From an uncultured Fretibacterium sp. (GTDB lineage Bacteria; Synergistota; Synergistia; Synergistales; Aminobacteriaceae), in contig CAMVMK010000006.1 in NCBI GenBank assembly GCA_947168585.1, positions 15,984-79,983 of the forward strand: a stretch of DNA of 64,000 nucleotides, written 5' to 3'. Shown here one piece after another: positions 59,243 to 64,000 of the stretch (its first letter is position 1; every line of letters starts with the position of its first letter). The notes beneath the pieces were generated by a model. It ran no database searches. It was not told the DNA's origin and saw nothing but the letters and a program-made list of their open reading frames with translations. The position numbers were made by a program, and so were the translations under genes.

Positions 59243-59365
59243 ATGGTGATGATGAAACTTCTTGACTTCATAATAAAATTGTCGCATTACGTTGCCCTGG
59301 CAGGCGCGTACGCGACAGTAATAGAAATGTTGTTACAGTTAATTCTTTATTTACTTTCTCACTAA
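59243..59365 (+). CDS. unlisted small hydrophobic peptide ORF, candidate type I toxin
   Basis: MVMMKLLDFIIKLSHYVALAGAYATVIEMLLQLILYLLSH. AAGGAGGTGA Shine-Dalgarno sequence. The spacing favours ATG 59249 (38 aa). One TM-length hydrophobic stretch. Confidence 0.45.
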   Translation: MVMMKLLDFIIKLSHYVALAGAYATVIEMLLQLILYLLSH

Positions 59366-59441
59366 AGGCATAAGCCCGATGTGATTACCCCCACTTCGGC
59401 AACTTGTGCCGTAAACGTTTGCTCTTCCTCGTCGGAGCAAT
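59266..59441 (-). ncRNA. predicted cis-antisense RNA to the small ORF (candidate antitoxin RNA)
   Basis: Minus-strand extended -10 TGATATAAT (59448-59456). Extended GC-rich hairpin (59280-59317) followed by AAUUUUAUUAU on the minus strand as terminator. Ends are approximate. Confidence 0.3.
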
Positions 59442-59450
59442 GTTTTTATT
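59419..59450 (+). terminator. intrinsic terminator of the small-ORF transcript
   Basis: UUGCUC-UUCCUCGUCG-GAGCAA followed by UGUUUUUAUU. Confidence 0.65.
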
Positions 59451-59483
59451 ATATCACGTAAATAAGGAATGTTTTTCATAAGC

Positions 59484-59492
59484 TGATATAAT
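59484..59492 (+). promoter_or_regulatory. extended -10 promoter (TGATATAAT) for the DUF3798/ABC operon
   Basis: Perfect TGnTATAAT about 50 nt upstream of the TTG start at 59542, which is preceded by AAAGGAGGA. Confidence 0.55.
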
Positions 59493-59541
59493 AAAATGCG
59501 ATTTCAATTCATATTTTAATTTTTCAAAGGAGGATTTTATT

Positions 59542-60876
59542 TTGAAATTCAAAACCGCATTTTTAGCTATGCTTGTGTTGGCTTTGTTCGCAGGTTCAGC
59601 ATTTGCCGCAGGACTTCCTACAACTGACGAACTTAAAGGCGCACTCAAAGACGCTGTAAAGGACGCAGTTAAAGAGGGCGTGAAAGAAGCTGTAGCCGAA
59701 GCTACGAAGAAAGAAGCAGACTTCCACATCGGTATCGTTACCGGAACAGTCTCGCAGAGTGAAGACGATCTTCGCGGAGCTGAGTTAATGATTAAAATGT
59801 ACGGCGACACAGCTAACGGCGGAATGATCACCCACATCACTTACCCGGATAATTTCCCGTCTGAGCAGGAAACTACAATCAGCCAAATTTTGGGGCTCGC
59901 TGACGATCCTAAAATGAAAGTTATCGTTGTAAATCAGGCCGTCCCGGGAACTGCTGAAGCATTCAGAAGAGTACGCGAAAGACGCAGCGATATTATTTTG
60001 CTTGCGGGCGAACCTCACGAAGACCCCGGCGTAATTTCCGAAGCCGCTGACATTGCTACACATACCGACCATATCGGACGCGGTTATACTATTCCGCTCG
60101 GTGCTAAGAAAATGGGCGCAAAAACTTTCGTTCATATTTCTTTCCCGCGCCACATGAGTTACGAAACACTCGGACTTAGACGCGCTATCATGGAAGAAGC
60201 CTGCAAAGATTTAGGGCTTAAATTCGTCTTCGAGACCGCTCCCGACCCTACGAGCGATGTAGGAATGGCCGGTGCTCAGCAGTATATTCTTGAGAATGTT
60301 CCCGCGTGGATTGAAAAATACGGCAAAGATGCTGCTTTCTTCTGCACAAATGACGGCGAAACAGAACCTTTATTAAAGCAGATCGCTGCTCTTGGCGGCT
60401 ATTTTGTTGAGGCTGACTTGCCCTCGCCTTTAATGGGTTATCCCGGAGCTTTAGGAATTGACCTCTCGAAAGAACAGGGTGACTGGCCTGCAATCTTAAA
60501 GAAAGTTGAAGACGCTGTTGTAAAAGCAGGCGGCGGCAACCGTATGGGAACATGGGCTTATTCATGGGGCTACACAACTACGGCGGCTCTTGCTGAATTC
60601 GGAAAACGCGCAGTCGAAAACGGAGCATTAGAAAACAAAGCTAAATATATAGGCTCTGCAAGGGCTCTTAAAGACATGAGAGCGGCTTATGATGAGTTCT
60701 GCCCGGGCGCAAAATGGGGAGCAAGTTACTTCATCGAGGCTTCAACAGGCGTTAAGAACGGACATTTTATTTTGCTTCGTCAAGATACTTACGTCTTAGG
60801 CGGCGACTATCTCGGACTTGCTGACGTTGAAATCCCTGAAAAATATTTCAAAATCCGCATGACACCCGCAAAATAG
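59542..60876 (+). CDS. DUF3798-family substrate-binding protein of an ABC importer
   Basis: Signal peptide, then FHIGIVTGTVSQSEDDLRGAELMIKMYG...ITYPDNFPSEQETTISQILGLADDPKMKVIVVNQAVPGT, which matches the DUF3798 family as I remember it. ABC genes follow. Confidence 0.75.
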   Translation: MKFKTAFLAMLVLALFAGSAFAAGLPTTDELKGALKDAVKDAVKEGVKEAVAEATKKEADFHIGIVTGTVSQSEDDLRGAELMIKMYGDTANGGMITHITYPDNFPSEQETTISQILGLADDPKMKVIVVNQAVPGTAEAFRRVRERRSDIILLAGEPHEDPGVISEAADIATHTDHIGRGYTIPLGAKKMGAKTFVHISFPRHMSYETLGLRRAIMEEACKDLGLKFVFETAPDPTSDVGMAGAQQYILENVPAWIEKYGKDAAFFCTNDGETEPLLKQIAALGGYFVEADLPSPLMGYPGALGIDLSKEQGDWPAILKKVEDAVVKAGGGNRMGTWAYSWGYTTTAALAEFGKRAVENGALENKAKYIGSARALKDMRAAYDEFCPGAKWGASYFIEASTGVKNGHFILLRQDTYVLGGDYLGLADVEIPEKYFKIRMTPAK

Positions 60877-60968
60877 TGAGGGGTTAGGGGTTATGCCTGC
60901 CTGTCGGCCTACCTCTGCCTGCGCAGACAGGTGTCGGTAGACAGGCAGACAGGGGAGTGAGGAGTGAA
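60875..60968 (+). repeat. composite repeat: heptad AGG units flanking a GC-rich CCTGCCTG/CAGGCAG nested palindrome
   Basis: GTGAGGGGTTAGGGGTT-ATGCCTGCCTGTCGGCCTACCTCTGCCTGCGCAGACAGGTGTCGGTAGACAGGCAGACAGG-GGAGTGAGGAGTGA. CTGCCTGTC pairs perfectly with GACAGGCAG (9 bp), with an inner ACCU..CUGC-CUGC-GCAG..AGGU helix. Confidence 0.8.
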
Positions 60969-61010
60969 AAAACATTCTTTGCTCACTATTCTTAATTTCT
61001 CAATAAAAAG

Positions 61011-61050
61011 CCCTCGTCCTTAGAAAAAATTTAAGGAATGAGGGATTTTT
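61011..61050 (+). terminator. intra-operon terminator/attenuator between the SBP gene and the ABC ATPase gene
   Basis: CCCUC-G-UCCUUA-GAAAAAAUU-UAAGGA-AU-GAGGG followed by AUUUUUAAUUUU. Confidence 0.65.
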
Positions 61051-61088
61051 AATTTTAATATTTAATTTGAAAGAAAGGTGATTTAGTT

Positions 61089-62789
61089 TTGCCAGACAGC
61101 ATTAACACGCCGTTGCTGCGGCTTGAAAATATCGGTAAAGAATATTACGGCAACAGAGTTTTATCTGAAATTTCTTTTGAGATTAATTCCGGCGAAATTA
61201 TCGGTCTTGTCGGCGAAAACGGAGCAGGAAAATCTACGCTGCTTAATATTTTATTTGGTATGCCCGTAATAAATTCTACAGGCGGCCATGAGGGAAATTT
61301 GTATCTTGACGGCAAAAAAGTTAATTTTAATTCGCCTAATCAGGCTCTGGCCGCAGGTATAGGAATGGTACATCAGGAATTTTCTTTAATTCCGGGATTT
61401 ACGGCAACTGAAAATATTTTGTTAAACCGCGAAGTTTTGAACGGGTCTTTAATGAGTTACGTTTTCAGCGACAGAGTTTCAACTCTTGATAGAGACGCTA
61501 TGAGACAGCGCGCTTCAGCAGCTATAAGCACTCTCGGCGTTCATATAAGCCCCGATATGCTTATTAACGAAATGCCCGTAGGTTATAAGCAGTTTATTGA
61601 AATTGCACGCGAAATCGACAGAAAAAATACAAGATTATTATTTTTGGACGAACCTACAGCAGTATTGACTGAGCAGGAAGCCGAAATTTTGTTAATTGCA
61701 CTCAAAAAATTAGCAAAGTCCGGAATTGCGATAGTTTTTATCTCGCATAGACTTAGCGAAGTTAAAGAACTTTGCGACAGAATTTTAGTATTGAGAGACG
61801 GAAAATTAATCACGGACGAGAGCGCGGAAAATTTAACGACCCGCCAAATTGCAACTTTAATGGTAGGCCGCGAGAGTTTACGAAAAGAAGAGCCTGTTGA
61901 AATTCCCGAAAATCCCGTTGAAGAAGTCAATGTTGATGAGACTTTAGGCGTTGCTCCTGCCGGTGATGACGTTGAAACAAAAATGCTCAAAAAGAAGAAA
62001 AAGAAAAAGCCTGCTTTAAGAGTTGAACATTTATGGGTGGATATGCCAGGCGAAACAGTAAGGGATGTATCTTTTGAAGTTCAGAAAGGCGAAATTTTCG
62101 GCATCGGCGGCTTGGCCGGTCATGGTAAATTAGGAATACCAAACGGAATAATGGGGCTTTATCCTGCTGGCGGAAAAGTTAAACTCTTCGGGAAAAAATT
62201 AGCTCTCAACAAACCCCGAGCGGCATTAAACAGAAAAATGGCATTTGTATCTGAAGACCGCCGCGGCGTTGGATTATTACTCGATGAGCCTTTAGATTGG
62301 AACATAACATTCACGGCCATGCAGACGCAGGGAAGATTTTTATTCGGAATACCTTTTATTTTCCAAATGAGAAATGAACTTGCAATGGCAAACGAGACTA
62401 AAAAATTTATTGAAGCCCTTGAAATTAAATGCACAGGCCCTAAACAGAAAGCCGGAGAACTTTCGGGCGGAAATCAGCAGAAAGTTTGTTTAGCTAAAGC
62501 ATTTGTATTAAGGCCGGATATTTTACTAATCTGCGAACCTACACGCGGCATTGATATAGGTGCAAAAACTTTAGTCCTTGACACTCTTAAACAATATAAC
62601 AAAGAGAACGGAACAACAATTATTGTTACAAGTTCGGAACTTGAAGAGTTAAGAAGCGTCTGCGATAGAGTTGCTATTGTCGACGAAGGCAAAATCGCCG
62701 GAATTTTACCAGCTTCAAGACCTGCCGAAGAATTTGGTATGCTGATGATGGGCGAAAAAATGCGCGCTGCCTCAGCAGCTACAGAATAA
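61089..62789 (+). CDS. ABC transporter ATP-binding protein with duplicated NBDs (sugar/nucleoside-uptake type)
   Basis: Walker A GENGAGKST, LSGGNQQK signature in the second half, and an acidic/poly-Lys inter-domain linker. TTG start. Confidence 0.85.
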   Translation: MPDSINTPLLRLENIGKEYYGNRVLSEISFEINSGEIIGLVGENGAGKSTLLNILFGMPVINSTGGHEGNLYLDGKKVNFNSPNQALAAGIGMVHQEFSLIPGFTATENILLNREVLNGSLMSYVFSDRVSTLDRDAMRQRASAAISTLGVHISPDMLINEMPVGYKQFIEIAREIDRKNTRLLFLDEPTAVLTEQEAEILLIALKKLAKSGIAIVFISHRLSEVKELCDRILVLRDGKLITDESAENLTTRQIATLMVGRESLRKEEPVEIPENPVEEVNVDETLGVAPAGDDVETKMLKKKKKKKPALRVEHLWVDMPGETVRDVSFEVQKGEIFGIGGLAGHGKLGIPNGIMGLYPAGGKVKLFGKKLALNKPRAALNRKMAFVSEDRRGVGLLLDEPLDWNITFTAMQTQGRFLFGIPFIFQMRNELAMANETKKFIEALEIKCTGPKQKAGELSGGNQQKVCLAKAFVLRPDILLICEPTRGIDIGAKTLVLDTLKQYNKENGTTIIVTSSELEELRSVCDRVAIVDEGKIAGILPASRPAEEFGMLMMGEKMRAASAATE

Positions 62790-62807
62790 GACAGGAGGCT
62801 CAAAAAC

Positions 62808-63950
62808 ATGATTAAAAATTTTATTAAAAACGTCGGCTGGCCTCGAATTATAATCGCGTTATTTTTGCTTGCGTTGTTTATAACTGCGCCGTTTGTAGGT
62901 GTTAATGTTTTTACATCGTTTAATAATACAATCGTAAGATTTGGTATGAACGGCGTTATGGTTTTAGCTATGATACCAATGGTACAAGCAGGGTGCGGAT
63001 TAAATTTCGGCTTGCCGCTTGGGATTATAGCCGGACTTTTGGGCGCAACTTTATCAATAGAACTCAACACGGAAATTTTAGAAAAACTTGCGCAGTTAGG
63101 CTCGCAATATAAAATTTCGTGGCTTACTCAAGAATTTTTGCAGACTTACCGCGAACCCTTAGGATTTGCGTCGGCTTTAATAATTGCAATTCCTATAGCG
63201 GCTGTGTTAGGGTGGTTTTACGGTAAATTATTAAACCGCGTTAAAGGCGACGAAATGATGATAGCTACTTATGTCGGCTTTTCTTCAGTTTCGTTTATGT
63301 GCATAGCTTGGCTTTTATTGCCCTACAAACACCCTACAATGGTATGGGGATACGCGGGGCGCGGCCTCAGAACAACTGTAAGCGTTGAAGGCTATTGGCT
63401 TCATGTCTTAAATGATTGGCTCGCGCTTGATTTTCAGCATGAATTTACAGTAAACGGCAAAGTTATTGATGTAAATTTGGCAATTCCAACGGGAATGTTA
63501 ATTTTCTTTGCTGTAATGGCGTGTTTAGTATGGCTCTTCATGAGAACTAAAACAGGTACAGCAATGACAGCAGTAGGCTCTAACCCTGAATTTGCACGTG
63601 CTTCCGGCGTTAATGTCGATAAAATGAGAACTATATCCGTTGTAATGTCGACGGTTTTAGGTGCAATAGGAATTATAGTTTATGAACAAAGTTTTGGATT
63701 TATTCAGCTTTATATGGGGCCGTTTTATATGGCACTGCCTGCGGTTGCTTCGATTTTATTAGGCGGAGCGAGCGTCAACAAAGCTACAATCTTAAATGTT
63801 GTAGTAGGAACATTTTTATTTCAGGGAATTTTAACGATGACTCCTACAGTTTTTAACAGTATGTTTCAGACGGATATGTCGGAAGTTATAAGACTAATCG
63901 TCAGTAACGGTATGATTTTATACGCTCTGACAAGAAAGGTGCGTGCTTAA
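62808..63950 (+). CDS. ABC transporter permease
   Basis: Polytopic protein immediately after the ATPase gene. Confidence 0.8.
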   Translation: MIKNFIKNVGWPRIIIALFLLALFITAPFVGVNVFTSFNNTIVRFGMNGVMVLAMIPMVQAGCGLNFGLPLGIIAGLLGATLSIELNTEILEKLAQLGSQYKISWLTQEFLQTYREPLGFASALIIAIPIAAVLGWFYGKLLNRVKGDEMMIATYVGFSSVSFMCIAWLLLPYKHPTMVWGYAGRGLRTTVSVEGYWLHVLNDWLALDFQHEFTVNGKVIDVNLAIPTGMLIFFAVMACLVWLFMRTKTGTAMTAVGSNPEFARASGVNVDKMRTISVVMSTVLGAIGIIVYEQSFGFIQLYMGPFYMALPAVASILLGGASVNKATILNVVVGTFLFQGILTMTPTVFNSMFQTDMSEVIRLIVSNGMILYALTRKVRA

Positions 63951-63953
63951 ATC

Positions 63954-64000
63954 ATGATAAGAAAACTTTTTGACATTATTGCGGGTCATGCTGTCCCTGC
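63954..64000 (+). CDS. second ABC permease, 3' end cut by the window edge
   Basis: ATG 4 nt after the previous stop. Only MIRKLFDIIAGHAVP is visible. Confidence 0.4.
   Translation, partial: MIRKLFDIIAGHAVP

Overview
AT-rich bacterial chromosomal segment, densely coding, with about 60 protein genes and no rRNA, tRNA, CRISPR array, transposase or integrase. The host is probably a diderm: lptC/lptD-like genes, a TAXI-TRAP transporter and a DUF3798-type ABC transporter fit a Synergistota-like lineage, but taxonomy cannot be settled from sequence alone. Most genes are housekeeping. They include comEA-comEC, rodZ-rpe-PASTA-rsmB, recO, a TAXI-TRAP locus, ribD-ribE-ribA-ribH-serS, pepP, thrC-thrB, ogt, gatZ-like, sirC, a LysM/M23 peptidase, pyrG, lptC/lptD-like, ilvE-like, cbiA, an arsR-HMA-cadA metal efflux set, mazG, capA, yvcK-rapZ and an ABC importer. 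Small accessory modules sit between them: higBA, a relE pair, a DUF3990/DUF3791 pair and a class III Fic. Three signals stand out. (1) The 480-bp 'empty' gap at 59.06-59.54 kb holds a promoter, a structured leader, a 38-40 codon hydrophobic ORF and a convergent antisense promoter with its own terminator, which is the layout of a type I toxin-antitoxin locus. (2) A family of 7-nt periodic AGG/GGA repeat elements occurs at about 19 loci. Many form hairpins whose non-Watson-Crick pairs are G.U only in the sense transcript. Copies lie downstream of binding-protein genes, flank the higBA cassette, and in one case are translated in frame inside cbiA. (3) Several gene-architecture oddities: an in-frame TGA splits the HMA domain from the CadA ATPase, arsR is coupled to two beta-helix lipoprotein genes, the rib operon lacks both RibB and an FMN riboswitch, and a PASTA protein has no kinase domain. 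All functional calls rest on motif reading and remembered family features; no database search was run.
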